Of a DNA stretch of 64,000 bases, positions 28,833 to 38,706 are shown one piece after another. Position numbers and translations under genes: made by a program. The stretch covers positions 1,856,001 through 1,920,000 of the forward strand of contig CAXVYR010000004.1 of NCBI GenBank assembly GCA_963666975.2. The letters run 5' to 3'. This DNA comes from Terriglobia bacterium (lineage in GTDB: Bacteria; Acidobacteriota; Terriglobia; 2-12-FULL-54-10). Under the pieces are notes generated by a model that was not told where the DNA came from, ran no database searches, and saw nothing but the letters and a program-made list of their open reading frames with translations. How positions within the stretch are numbered: position 1 is the stretch's first letter; the number at the start of each line of letters is the position of its first letter.

Positions 28833-29270
28833 CTACGGCCGGATGGGTCCCTCTGCTGGCCGGTCGACTTTGTCCACTACCTTTTGATTTTCCTTCTTCC
28901 AGTCGCGAATCCCGCAAAACGGACCCGCCTTGTAGCCCGCCTTCAGGAATTTTGCAGCAGCGCGCTCCGCGCGCCCTCCACCCTGTCAGTAGAAAACAAG
29001 CTCGATATCTTTCGGGATATCCTTCATCCGCTTGTCGAGATCGGCCACGGGGATGTGGATGGCGCCAGCGATCGCGCCGTCCTGTTCCAGTTCCCAGTCT
29101 TCGCGAACATCGATCAGAAGGAATTTTTCGCCGCTATCCAGTTTTTCCTTCAGTTTGGATATGGCGATCCGCTCCGGCTTGCTGGTCTCCTTCTGCTGAG
29201 CTACCCCCAATGGGCTGGAGGTGATGAACAGCGCGAGCAGGGCGGATGCAATCGCAAATTTTCCTGCCAT
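28833..29270 (-). CDS. Exported rhodanese-like protein, probable selenoprotein (UGA at codon 95)
   Basis: RBS ggagg and signal peptide. LIDVRE..E...G.IAGAIHIP, then ELVFY-TGA(28986-28988)-QGGGRAERAA. Frame stays open to TAG at 28833. GC hairpin directly after the UGA. Confidence 0.85.
28959..28975 (-). promoter_or_regulatory. Candidate bacterial SECIS hairpin
   Basis: After the UGA: CAGGGTGGAG then GGCGCGC-GGA-GCGCGCT. The G-containing loop starts about 18 nt downstream of the UGA. Confidence 0.65.
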
Positions 29271-29359
29271 TGTTGCCTCCCGAGTGTAGGAAATCGTTCT
29301 GGGGATCAAAAGTGCATTCTACGCAAATTGCCGATACAGAGCAATGGTTCGTGCCGAAC

Positions 29360-29532
29360 GATAGTGTCTCAGTTTGAAATCGGCAGGGCTAGATCGTTTT
29401 TACGAATTGTGTATCCCGTCAGGGCACGGTTCAGACACCCCAGCACGCTGACAGCGGCGCGCTGGGGGCCCCGTCAAACCGTGCCCTGACAAATCGTGTG
29501 TCGCTGTGCCTAACGGAAACTGACCCACTGCC
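29360..29532. mobile_element. MITE-like element with imperfect terminal IRs and an internal family B palindrome
   Basis: GATAGTGTCTCAGTTTG versus GGCAGTGGGTCAGTTTC (reverse complement of the right end). Internal GTCAGGGCACGGTT...AACCGTGCCCTGAC. Confidence 0.6.
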
Positions 29533-29657
29533 TGATCCATCATCAATTGGACAGTTGCCGGCCCTATTTGGTTAAATGATGACCGGGGTATTCCTGTTCA
29601 GACTTTGCAGGATGCGCTTGCTGAGCGCAAGGGAGAACTCGCAATGGAGACCTATCG

Positions 29658-30293
29658 ATGAACGCTCAACCGCATGAATTTCCGCCTCGTGAGTTTTATC
29701 GCCTGCTGATCCATTCCGTAGCGCCACGGCCCATCGCCTGGGTCTCGACGATCAGCACAGAGGGCGTACATAATTTGGCGCCCTTCTCATTTTTCAACGC
29801 ACTCTGTGCCACGCCGCCTCTGCTGGGCTTTTGTCCGGGCATCCGATCACAGAAATCCCGGCAAGCGCTTGGATCCGGCGTAAAAGACACGTTGCGAAAC
29901 ATTCGCGAGACCGGCGAGTTCGTCGTCAACGTCGTACCGTTTCCGCTGGCTGAACCCATGAACCTGACGAGCGGGGAATATGAGGCTTCCGTTGACGAGT
30001 TTGAGGTGGCCGGATTGACGATGCGACCATCGCAGCACATCCAACCCGCCCACGTGGCCGAATCCCCCGTCAATTTTGAATGCAAAGTTTTCCAGATCCT
30101 CGATTTTGGGACCGACAATTCCGGTGGCAGCCTGGTGATCGGCGAAATTGTTTCGGTCCATTTGGAGCAGGAAGTATTGCGTGAGGGACGGATCGACGGA
30201 CAATTGCTGGATGTGATTGGCCGCATGGGCGGCGCCCAGTATTGCCGGACCACGGAACGGTTTAGCATGGCCCGGCCCGAGAGGAAACCATAA
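29658..30293 (+). CDS. Flavin reductase family protein (DIM6/NTAB-like)
   Basis: APRPIAWVST, NLAPFSFFN, KDTLRNIRETGEFVVN, IGRMGG..YC. Confidence 0.92.
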   Translation: MNAQPHEFPPREFYRLLIHSVAPRPIAWVSTISTEGVHNLAPFSFFNALCATPPLLGFCPGIRSQKSRQALGSGVKDTLRNIRETGEFVVNVVPFPLAEPMNLTSGEYEASVDEFEVAGLTMRPSQHIQPAHVAESPVNFECKVFQILDFGTDNSGGSLVIGEIVSVHLEQEVLREGRIDGQLLDVIGRMGGAQYCRTTERFSMARPERKP

Positions 30294-30318
30294 CAGCAAC
30301 AGGGCGTCTGAGAGGAAT

Positions 30319-30408
30319 ATGCAACTGAAGGGCAAAGTCGCTCTCATCACAGGAGGCGGGAGAGGCATCGGCAAGGCGGTTGCTCTGGCTTACGCGCAGG
30401 TGAAATAA
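30319..30408 (+). pseudogene. Short-chain dehydrogenase N-terminal remnant (29 aa)
   Basis: RBS gagga, then MQLKGKVALITGGGRGIGKAVALAYAQVK*. Confidence 0.85.
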
Positions 30409-30522
30409 CATCGGTTTGCCCGGTGTCTATAGCGCTTTCACAGTTCGTGTTTAGTCAGAGCCGCAAGCAAGCGGACCCATATACCAATTTTTCAACAACC
30501 TCCTACTGCAACGGCTTTCCTC

Positions 30523-30562
30523 AAAAGAAAGGGCCCTCCGAGGTCATCCCCCGAAGGGCCCT
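30523..30562 (-). terminator. Rho-independent terminator
   Basis: Minus strand AGGGCCCTTCG...CGGAGGGCCCT followed by TTCTTTT, just after the stop at 30585. Confidence 0.75.
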
Positions 30563-30584
30563 GCTGAATTTCAGACTTTTCCTT

Positions 30585-32282
30585 CTATATTCCGTTTCCT
30601 TCCAACAGTTCAATATAACCCATGCGGTTGGAAGTATTCCCGGACCACCAGACGCGGTTTGGGTTGTTCTGGTCCACCTCAATCCGGCGATGATCCTCCT
30701 CGGCGTTCGCCAGGGGAAACTCGACCCATTCTTCGGTTCTGGGATTAAAGCGGGCGATTTTGTCCACGTGCTGCTGGGCAACCCAAATCAGATCATGCTG
30801 CAAGTCTACGCTCACCGCATAGGTGCCGCTATTCTCGGTTGGGGGTGTAAAGACCGACATTTTATTGGTCTTATAATCGATCTTCAGAATCTTGCCGGCG
30901 CCATGCAGGCCGAACCAGACGTTGCCTTCCGAGTCCGGTCCTCCCTTGCGCGGGACAGCGCCTTCCACGGGAATCTCGAACTCTTCAATATTGCCGGTAA
31001 CCGGATCAACGCGGGCCATCTTATCCATGGCGTTCAAAGCGAGCCAAACCCCTCCGTCGCCCGCAATGGCCATCCCGTAGGGGCTGGCGCTGCGTCCCGC
31101 CTTGACCCCGGAAGGAATTTCAAAGCCGGTGAACTCCCCGGTTTTGAGATTCAGCCGGATGGTCGTGTTATTGCCGATGGCGTTGAACCAGACGGTGCCA
31201 TTAGGGTGGTCCCGCATGGTGTTGCCGCCGGGCGCGCCGGTTCGCAGCTTGGTGGTCATCGTAAAGCTGGTAAACTCTTCTGTTTTCGTGTCGTATGCCA
31301 TCCACCGGCGGTTGGGGCCGTAATCGATAAACCACAGTTTGTTGTTGTCGCCGGCCCAAATGGCGTTCAGCTTCACGGTGCTGGATTCTCCCGGCGGGGT
31401 GGCAATCTCGGTGTAGGCCAGTGTTCTTGGATCCATGCGGCCCAGCAAGCCGGTCTTCCGCAAGCTGACCCAGCCGTTCCCGTCCGAGTCCACGGTCACT
31501 TCGTGAGGTTCCGTATCGTGAGTGGGGATTTCAAACTCCACGGCGATGTATTTAGTGGCCGCGCCCGTCAGCAGAGTCCTAGGCAGGCGGCTGTTGGGAT
31601 CCGGCTTCGCCCTTGCTGGCCCGCCTGATTCGCTCTCGCCGAAGTTCTTTACATCGTAGTCGAGCAGGACGGCTGCTTCCTGATCGGTCATGCTCATTCC
31701 AAGTTGTGATGAGCCCTTCATGAACATGCGCATGCCGTCGATGGTTTCTTTCCACTGTGCCCGGTCCACCCGGTGGCTCGCGACTTGATCGGGGTTGCGA
31801 TGGCAACCAACGCATTTTGTTTCAATGATGGTCTTGCCCGGCCCTTCCGGCAGGGGGATAGGCTCTGCCGCTCCTCCTCCTGCCTGGCCCGGTTGCCTTC
31901 CCGGCCACGCTGCCGGCAGCATCGGCGCCTGCGGAGCCGTGAGCGACAGGTTCACCGTCGCGGGTTGGCCGGCCTCCACATCTGCCGCAGCCGACCATTC
32001 GCTCTGAAAACCATTTCCAATTCCCTGCGCCACATATTTGCCGGGGGGAAGATTCTTGGCTGTATAACGGCCTTGTGCCTGGGTGATGACCATAAAGGTC
32101 AGTCGTCTCTCGTCATTCTTCAACTTGACAAAGGCGCCGGAGACGGGTGCCCCGGACGAATTGTTGACCACTCCCTGAAGGCTGCCCTGCAATGTCTGCT
32201 GTGCGAACATCGGGCGGGCGCCGGCCAAAAAGGCCACTGCCGCCACTGCAAAAACCATCTTTGGATTCACATGACCGAACAT
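30585..32282 (-). CDS. Secreted protein: carboxypeptidase-regulatory-like domain, mono-heme cytochrome c and Vgb-like beta-propeller
   Basis: RBS ggagga and signal peptide, GAPVSGAFV...GRYTAKNLPPGKY, CVGCH, repeated P.....D.DG.VW blades. Confidence 0.85.
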   Translation of the reverse strand: MFGHVNPKMVFAVAAVAFLAGARPMFAQQTLQGSLQGVVNNSSGAPVSGAFVKLKNDERRLTFMVITQAQGRYTAKNLPPGKYVAQGIGNGFQSEWSAAADVEAGQPATVNLSLTAPQAPMLPAAWPGRQPGQAGGGAAEPIPLPEGPGKTIIETKCVGCHRNPDQVASHRVDRAQWKETIDGMRMFMKGSSQLGMSMTDQEAAVLLDYDVKNFGESESGGPARAKPDPNSRLPRTLLTGAATKYIAVEFEIPTHDTEPHEVTVDSDGNGWVSLRKTGLLGRMDPRTLAYTEIATPPGESSTVKLNAIWAGDNNKLWFIDYGPNRRWMAYDTKTEEFTSFTMTTKLRTGAPGGNTMRDHPNGTVWFNAIGNNTTIRLNLKTGEFTGFEIPSGVKAGRSASPYGMAIAGDGGVWLALNAMDKMARVDPVTGNIEEFEIPVEGAVPRKGGPDSEGNVWFGLHGAGKILKIDYKTNKMSVFTPPTENSGTYAVSVDLQHDLIWVAQQHVDKIARFNPRTEEWVEFPLANAEEDHRRIEVDQNNPNRVWWSGNTSNRMGYIELLEGNGI

Positions 32283-32415
32283 CGTCTTTCCTCCGTCCCC
32301 GATTTGGGGTATTCCGGTGAAAAATGTTCTTAGCGGCTCGTAATGTCTAACTGGAATTCCCACCTTGGGTTCCCGAATACCTGAGAGTATACACCCTCTC
32401 CATCGCCATCCTAAC

Positions 32416-32471
32416 GATACCAGCACGGTTTGCAGTCCCAGATGATACCAGCACGGTTTGCAGTCCCAGAT
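32416..32471 (+). repeat. Perfect 28-bp tandem duplication
   Basis: GATACCAGCACGGTTTGCAGTCCCAGAT twice. Confidence 0.9.
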
Positions 32472-32580
32472 GCCCCAGCGGGAAGGGCAAATTCCGCTGC
32501 CCATAGCAAGGTGAGCTTGAGCCTGCCCGCCGGCTGATAGTTTTGCTGTTGCGCTGTTACATGGATTATTACATGAACTG

Positions 32581-33255
32581 TCACATGGGAAGATGAGCCG
32601 ACTCCAGACTGTAGAGCCTCAATTTCAGCTTCCGGTAGTAAGCCCCGTCAAGCGGCTCTTTTAACGCGAACCGAAAGACTCGTGTGCGGCTGAACTCGCG
32701 GCGGTTGTTCTCATACACGTGGAGTTCCAGTCGATAGGGATCTGACGACCATACCGATTCGATCTCCTGCGCCAGCCTCCACTCGCGGGAGTCTTCCGTG
32801 TTTTCCGTCGCGTAGTACACCGCCTCTGTCGTAAAGATCAACCGGCCTTCGCACCCACCCAAAGAGTGCAAGTGCTTGACCGGCAACTCGTACTCAACGC
32901 CTGATACTTCACCGACAACACGGTTCGTGACAGGCTTCCGCAACCACTGTTGGAGGGTTTCCAACAACTCGTCCGTCAACTCCCCCTCGGTGATGGTGAA
33001 ATGGAACCGCCTGTCGCGGCCCAGTTTCCGGCGCTGGTCCTCGTAGGTGAGAATGGTGAACTCCCGGCTGCTGAGGCGGTCAAAAAACTGAATGTCCGGG
33101 TAGTTCCATGTGCGGCTTTCCGATTCCTTCTCTGCACGGTAAACAATGGCCTGCTCGGTGATCTCGATCTGTCCGCCCCCGTCCGGCCAGAGTCTTTTCT
33201 TTCGGATCACGGAAAGAATCTGCCCGGCGAGGGGCTGGGCGAAGAGAAGCAGCAT
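32581..33255 (-). CDS. Hypothetical secreted protein with two similar beta-rich halves
   Basis: Long ORF with internal similarity (G.I.IT..AI.Y...ESRTW versus GRLIFT..AVY...DSREW). The signal peptide may be frameshifted just upstream. Confidence 0.65.
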   Translation of the reverse strand: MLLLFAQPLAGQILSVIRKKRLWPDGGGQIEITEQAIVYRAEKESESRTWNYPDIQFFDRLSSREFTILTYEDQRRKLGRDRRFHFTITEGELTDELLETLQQWLRKPVTNRVVGEVSGVEYELPVKHLHSLGGCEGRLIFTTEAVYYATENTEDSREWRLAQEIESVWSSDPYRLELHVYENNRREFSRTRVFRFALKEPLDGAYYRKLKLRLYSLESAHLPM

Positions 33256-33356
33256 CAGAACAACAGCGCAATTGGCGCGAAACTGGCCCGCACACTCCAG
33301 ACGGGAAGCAGGCGCATCGCAAGCTGCGGGATTACTGGCCAGGGTGAGAAGTGCCG

Positions 33357-33678
33357 TTAATATCCCGCGGCGTGGCCGTCTTTACGCATTTCGCTGGCGG
33401 CAAAGTATACGCCTGTTCGGGGGTCGCGCCGGATGGCCTGATACCCGCCATAGGAAATGCCCTCTCTTACAGCAACCGAATGCCCCCGCTTCACCAGATT
33501 TCCGATGACGTCCGCTGACACGCCGCTCTCCACAAACAGGCTGCCCCCGTCCGTCCGTTGCGCGCCGTTGGGATCGCTGCTTACCATGTGCCGGTAGCGC
33601 GCGGCGTTGGCCGCGTCCACGGCGCTGCCGCCCTGTTTCAGAATGTCGAGGGCCATCCGGGTTGCCAGCGGGTGACTG
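33357..33678 (-). pseudogene. ggt: Gamma-glutamyltransferase remnant (N- and C-termini joined, cut by the IS)
   Basis: SHPLATRMALDILKQGGSAVDAA joined in frame to the C-terminal ...GGYQAIRRD...ASEMRKDGHAAGY. Confidence 0.85.
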
Positions 33679-33751
33679 TGTACGTCGTCAGATAATGTTG
33701 GACACAGAGCATAAAAAGATAAGGTGGCGTTCAGGCTCCTCTGGGTTGATG

Positions 33752-34735
33752 TTAGGCTGCCCTTCTTTTGAAGTGCAACCGTTTTCTTAAGATCATAGTT
33801 TTCTCTTTGATGCGATCCCGTTTTTGCAGGATGGCACTGCCTTGGCCTGTAAAAACGTCATACGGTGTCAGGTTGTTCAGGCTTTCATGGTATCGGTTGG
33901 TGTTGTAGTGGTTGACGAAGGCATCGATCTGCCGCTCCAGCTCTTCTGGCAGGTAATAGTTGTTGAGCAGGATGCGGTCTTTCAGAGTTCGGTGCCAGCG
34001 TTCGATCTTGCCCTGCGTCATGGGGTGATAGGGCTTGCCGCGAGTATGCGGCACGCTGTTTTCTGCCAGCCATGATTGCAGTTCGGAAGAGACGTAGCAC
34101 GGCCCGTTGTCGCTCAGGAGGCGAGGTCTGTGCCGGGCGCCCACGCGGTCGAGGCCGGTGGCTTGCAAAGCATCCCGCAACGTGGCCGAGACGTCACTTG
34201 CGCTCATGGTTTTGCACAGCCGCCAGGCGATGATATAGCGCGAGAAGTCGTCCAGCACCGTGGACAGGTAGAACCAGCCCCAACCGATGACTTTCAGGTA
34301 GGTGAAGTCGGTCTGCCAGAGCTGGTTGACCGCCGTGGTCGGGTTGGCGAACCGTTCCGCCGCTTTCAGGACAATAAAGGCTGGCGCGGTAATCAGGTCA
34401 TGGCTTTTCAGGACGCGGTAAACCGTCGATTCAGAAAGGTAATACCGCCTTTCCTCGGTAAAACGCACCGCCAGCTCGCGTGACGACAGATCGGGCTCGG
34501 CCAGGGCTAACGTCACCAACTGCTGAGTTATCTCCTCCGGCACCTTGTTCCAGACAGGGCCAGGATCGGGTTTTTTGTCTTCCAGCCCATCAAAGCCTTC
34601 CGACACATAGCGGTCGTACCAGTTGTAAAACGTCGATCTGGGAATGCCAACCTGCTGCAGCGTCCGGCGCACCCCCAGGGCAGATTGCTCCACCGTGCAG
34701 ATGATCTCCAGCTTCTCCGAGGCAGGGTATCTCAT
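33752..34735 (-). CDS. IS transposase OrfB (DDE, rve integrase)
   Basis: WQTDFTY, LDDFSR, LLSDNG, PMTQGKIERWH. Confidence 0.95.
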   Translation of the reverse strand: MRYPASEKLEIICTVEQSALGVRRTLQQVGIPRSTFYNWYDRYVSEGFDGLEDKKPDPGPVWNKVPEEITQQLVTLALAEPDLSSRELAVRFTEERRYYLSESTVYRVLKSHDLITAPAFIVLKAAERFANPTTAVNQLWQTDFTYLKVIGWGWFYLSTVLDDFSRYIIAWRLCKTMSASDVSATLRDALQATGLDRVGARHRPRLLSDNGPCYVSSELQSWLAENSVPHTRGKPYHPMTQGKIERWHRTLKDRILLNNYYLPEELERQIDAFVNHYNTNRYHESLNNLTPYDVFTGQGSAILQKRDRIKEKTMILRKRLHFKRRAA

Positions 34736-35103
34736 GTATGTTCCTCCCCATCCCCGATCACGCTTTTTTTTAGCAGGCGATTTTCCAGCATAGCCTCGGC
34801 CAGGGCCTCTTTCAGCTGTACGGCCTGCTCCCGCAGAGTCTTGACTTCGCCACTGGTTGCCTCACGGTCTATGTCGCCCGCCAGCCGCTTGCGGCCAGCC
34901 TCCAGAAACTCCTTGCTCCAGCGGTAATACTGGTTCTGGTGCAGCCCCTCGCGGCGGCACAGCTCCGCGATGCTGTCCTCGCCGCGAAGTCCCTGCAATA
35001 CAATGCGGATTTTGTCTTCCGGGCTGAACCTGCGCCGCGTCCTGCGTTTGATCTCCCGGACGGCCTTCTCGACCGCCCCCCTGTCGTCTTGTTTTTGTCT
35101 CAT
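34732..35103 (-). CDS. IS transposase OrfA (HTH)
   Basis: RRFSPEDKIRIVL.GLRGEDSIAELCRREG...YYRWSKEFLEAG...ENRLLKKS. Confidence 0.93.
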   Translation of the reverse strand: MRQKQDDRGAVEKAVREIKRRTRRRFSPEDKIRIVLQGLRGEDSIAELCRREGLHQNQYYRWSKEFLEAGRKRLAGDIDREATSGEVKTLREQAVQLKEALAEAMLENRLLKKSVIGDGEEHT

Positions 35104-35356
35104 CTTCGTTCCTTTCAGTCTCTACGATGAGCCAAAAACATCACCTTAACTATTACCCTCTACCTGTCCAACAAGCCCTGACGGGGCACAGGCTGGTTTG
35201 GCTGTGATCGGCTTCAATAAATTGTGTCATGGAGAACCCTGTGCAAAGCAGGACGGCGAATAGTGTTCTGAGGAGACGGGAAAGTATGCAAATCTTTCCT
35301 TTAACAGGTTGTTGAAAAACACCAGTTGTCCGCCCCCTCACGGGGTCCCCAACGGG

Positions 35357-36115
35357 CTAGCCGCCCCATATCGCGCTGTAAAGCAGCCGAATGCTCGCCG
35401 TAGTCAGCAAGCCTAAAATAACGTTGTCGAAGACCTGCTTTTTGATTTTCCCGGCAAACAAAGCCCCCAGCGGAATAGCCAGCATCGCCGGAATCGTCGC
35501 CAGGAGGCTTTCCATCAGCAGCGCCGAAGTGTAAACCCCGAGACGGACCAAGGTGGCAAGCTGCACCACGGACATAACCAGAAACGGCGTCGCCACGGCG
35601 TAAATATAGGCGCGCGGCTCCAGCTTCAACGCATGGAAATAGGTTGCGATGGCGGGAGCCGACATTCCCGTAGCTGCTTGGAGCGCTCCGGAACAAAAGC
35701 CGGTGAGGGGAGAAAGCCTGTACCGGGACCGCAAAGACAAGCTGAAATTGGGATGAAGGAAACGCAGCAGGATATAGACAACGAGCCACACCGAAAGAAT
35801 GGCGGACAACATCCGGTCGCTGGCGGCCACCAGGAACCATGCGCCGAGCGGCACTCCGACGCATCCGGCCAGCAGCAGCCGGGGCATCTCCGGGAACTGG
35901 TTGGCGCAATCCTTGTGCCGCCAAACCAGCCAGGCGTTGAGCACCATCGCGGGAATTACCATGACGATCACGGCATGTTCCACGCCCAGGAAACTAGCCA
36001 TCACAGGGATAGCCACCGTCGGCAGGCCCATGCCCGTAATGCCCTTAATGAAACCACCCGCCACCAAGGCGAGGACGATAATCAAGACAGCTTGCAGAGA
36101 AAGAGATTCAACCAT
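35357..36115 (-). CDS. TauE/SafE (TSUP) family membrane protein
   Basis: GGFIKGITGMGLP and GFCSGAL..ATGMSAP motifs, about 8 TM segments. Confidence 0.88.
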   Translation of the reverse strand: MVESLSLQAVLIIVLALVAGGFIKGITGMGLPTVAIPVMASFLGVEHAVIVMVIPAMVLNAWLVWRHKDCANQFPEMPRLLLAGCVGVPLGAWFLVAASDRMLSAILSVWLVVYILLRFLHPNFSLSLRSRYRLSPLTGFCSGALQAATGMSAPAIATYFHALKLEPRAYIYAVATPFLVMSVVQLATLVRLGVYTSALLMESLLATIPAMLAIPLGALFAGKIKKQVFDNVILGLLTTASIRLLYSAIWGG

Positions 36116-36147
36116 GACGGCAGCTCAGGCGCAGTTTCGGCAAAACG

Positions 36148-36935
36148 TTAGCCTCCGGCATAGAGCCAGTCCGGCAGCGCCAGGGAGATCGCCGGAATAT
36201 AGGTGACGATCGAAAGAAAGCTCAGGAGGATCAGCAACCAGGGCAAGGCGGCGCGAACCACCTCCTCCAAAGCCATGTTCGCGACCCCCGCGGTAACGAA
36301 CAGATTGAGTCCCACCGGCGGCGTCACCATGCCAATCTCCATGTTGATGACCATGATGATTCCCAGGTGAATCGGGTCGATCCCTGCCCGCACCGCGATG
36401 GGGAAGATAACCGGCGCCAGAATCAGTATGACCGACGACGGCTCCATGAAGTTCCCCATCAACAGCAAGAGCACGTTCACGAACAAAAGCAAAGCCCACG
36501 GTTCCAGCCCCAGATGCAGAATGGCCTCCGATGCCATCTGGGGAATCTGCTCCGTGGTGAGCACAAAGGCAAACAGATAAGCGTTTGCGATAATGAACAT
36601 CAGCATCGCCGTGACTTTGGCGCCTTCGGTCAGCACCTGGGGCGCCCGGGACAAGGGCATGTCCCGGTACACGAAGACGGCGATCAAACAGCATACACCA
36701 CCGAGCCCGCGGCGGCCTCGGTGGGCGTAAAAATGCCTCCGTAGATGCCTCCTGAAATAATAACGATCAGCAGCAGGCTCCACAGCGCATCGCGCCCGCT
36801 GCGGACAACCTGGATGAAGGATGCTTTGGGCTGGCGTGGAAGGTTCCGCCGGCGCGCCACCAGATAGATCGCCGTCCTCATGGCCAGCGTCAGCAGCACT
36901 CCAGGAACCACTCCGGCGAGAAAGAAGCGGCCATC
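36148..36935 (-). pseudogene. dctM: TRAP transporter large permease, 5'-truncated and frameshifted
   Basis: FLAGVVPG...GGIYGGIFTPTEAAA in one frame. GIDPIHLGII..NMEIGMVTPPVGLNLFV in another (shift near 36690). N-terminal part absent. Confidence 0.85.
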
Positions 36936-37160
36936 ATGCAGCTCGTCCGCGAAAGCTTCCAGCAACACAAAGTGAGATCGGACACCTTTGCCCCCGCCCC
37001 GCGACAACTGGGGAAGAGGAATCTGATGGATCTTTGCTATCTGATGGGCGAGGTTGCGACCACCGCCGTGGTGCTGCACGCAGTGGATCTGCGCCTGCCC
37101 TACAACCGGAAGCCGCTTCTGCCGGTTCCTGAACCGGCTGCGCCACGAATCAACATGGGG
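36930..37160 (+). pseudogene. C-terminal fragment of a carboxymuconolactone decarboxylase-like protein
   Basis: HKVRSDTF...LGKRNLMDL.YLMG...VLHAVDLRLP...PLLP resembles the C-terminus of CMD-like proteins. Confidence 0.5.
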
Positions 37161-37166
37161 GAAATC

Positions 37167-38656
37167 TCACTGGCCTGGCGGCGGAGGAGCGTCAGGGTCC
37201 AATTCCTTTTGTGACACTTTGGTAGCGCCCAGTTCGAGAAGCAGATTCGCCGTACTCTCGTGGGTGCCGTAGAGTCCCCTGTATCTTATGACCGGGCTCA
37301 GTCCTGCCGCCATACTCCACGGCGTCTCGCCATAATCGTTTTGCACGTTCACCTTGGCGCCGTTGTCGGCCAGGAATCGAACGATAGCCTCCGCTCCCGT
37401 AAAGGCGGCATTGTGCAGCGCTGTCTGGCCGTCTTCGTTGGTTGCATTGACGTCCGAGCCCAGCGCCACCGCCACTTTGACGGCTTCCAACGCGCGCTTC
37501 GCCTCCTCCGTGTTGCTTTCGTTCCCGCCCCGGAATGCGCATGATCCTGTACAGGCCCCTCTCGCCGCCGCCATCAGCGGCGTGGTCATTCCGCTGGCCG
37601 CCAGCTTTGGATCAGCGCGGCCTTCCGCCAGGACCCGCATGAGGCTGGCATCGGCGGACACCGCTGCCAAAAAAACGGTGTCGCGCCGACCATTTCAAAC
37701 GGGACTCCATCGGGCCCGCGCTGGTCCCATTTCGTGATGCGAGCGTTGGGATCCGCCCCCTGCACCAGAAGAGCCTTCGCCAATTCCGGCATGTTGGGCG
37801 GGCGCACACGATAGGCGGCGTCGTATCGGATTCCGGTGAGAGCGGAGAACCCATTTTGCACCGCGTGGTGCAAAGAGGTGACCCCGTTGCTGTCCGCCGC
37901 GTTCGGGTCCGCGCCCTTCTCCAGCAGAAAGATGGCAAGTTTCTCGTGGCCGCTGGAGCTCGCCACCACTAAGGCGTTGCCGTATTTCGGCGTGCCCTCA
38001 TTCACGTTCGCTCCCGCTTCGAGCAACATCCGGGCCGATTCCAGATCGCCTCCCCGGGCGGCAAACAGCAGCGGCGTGAAACCGCCCTTCGAGGGGGTGC
38101 GGATCTCCGCCCCGTGCTCGATCAGCGCCCGCGCGACCTCTGAGTGTCTTCCCGCCACCGCCCACATCAGGGCCGTCTGCCCCTTTTTGGATTCCTTTGC
38201 GTTCACATCCGCGCCACTGGCCAGCAGCAATTGCACCGCGTCCGCGCTGCCCGTGCGCGCGCACGTCATGAGCACCGTCTCTCCCGTCAGTTGGGCGGCG
38301 CTGGGATTCGCTCCAGCCTCGAGCAGCTTCCCCACCATGGCAGCGCTCCGGTTGGTGCAAGCCAGCGAAACAGGCGTGACGCCATAGTCGTTCGCCGCGC
38401 TCGCGTTAGCGCCGGCGCGAATTAGCAGATCCGCCGTTTCCAGATCATCCCGGTGGGCCGCCCAGTGCAGCGCAGTCGCGCCATCCGCCTGGGGCGCGTT
38501 CACATCGGCCTGCTGCAACAGGAAACGCACGGCCTCTTTGTCTCCCTGCTGAACCGCTTCAACCAGCCGCAGGTCGCCGCTGGCTGCGGCAAAGCTGGCA
38601 ACCGAGAGCAGAGGCACTATCCACCAGCCACTCAAACCTTTTATTTTCACGCCCAT
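37167..38656 (-). CDS. Secreted ankyrin-repeat protein, frameshifted at a T7 tract (37669-37675)
   Basis: Many G.TALHWAA/G.TPL..AA repeats. One extra T would give GATPFFLAAVSAD and join ORFs 37586-38656 and 37167-37670. Confidence 0.85.
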
Positions 38657-38706
38657 GTTTTTTCTCCCAATCCCGTTACCGACGAGGAAGTCCCCATCCA
38701 CGGCGT

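Larger units (their letters stand above)
33679..35190 (-). mobile_element. IS3-family insertion sequence, 1512 bp, TGT...ACA ends
   Basis: 26-bp imperfect IRs (19/26 identical), orfA and orfB, A8G slippery tract at 34763-34771. No exact target duplication. Confidence 0.92.

Noticed and set aside
32416-32471. 28-bp direct repeat as a CRISPR array
   Set aside because: Only two adjacent copies, no spacer and no cas genes.
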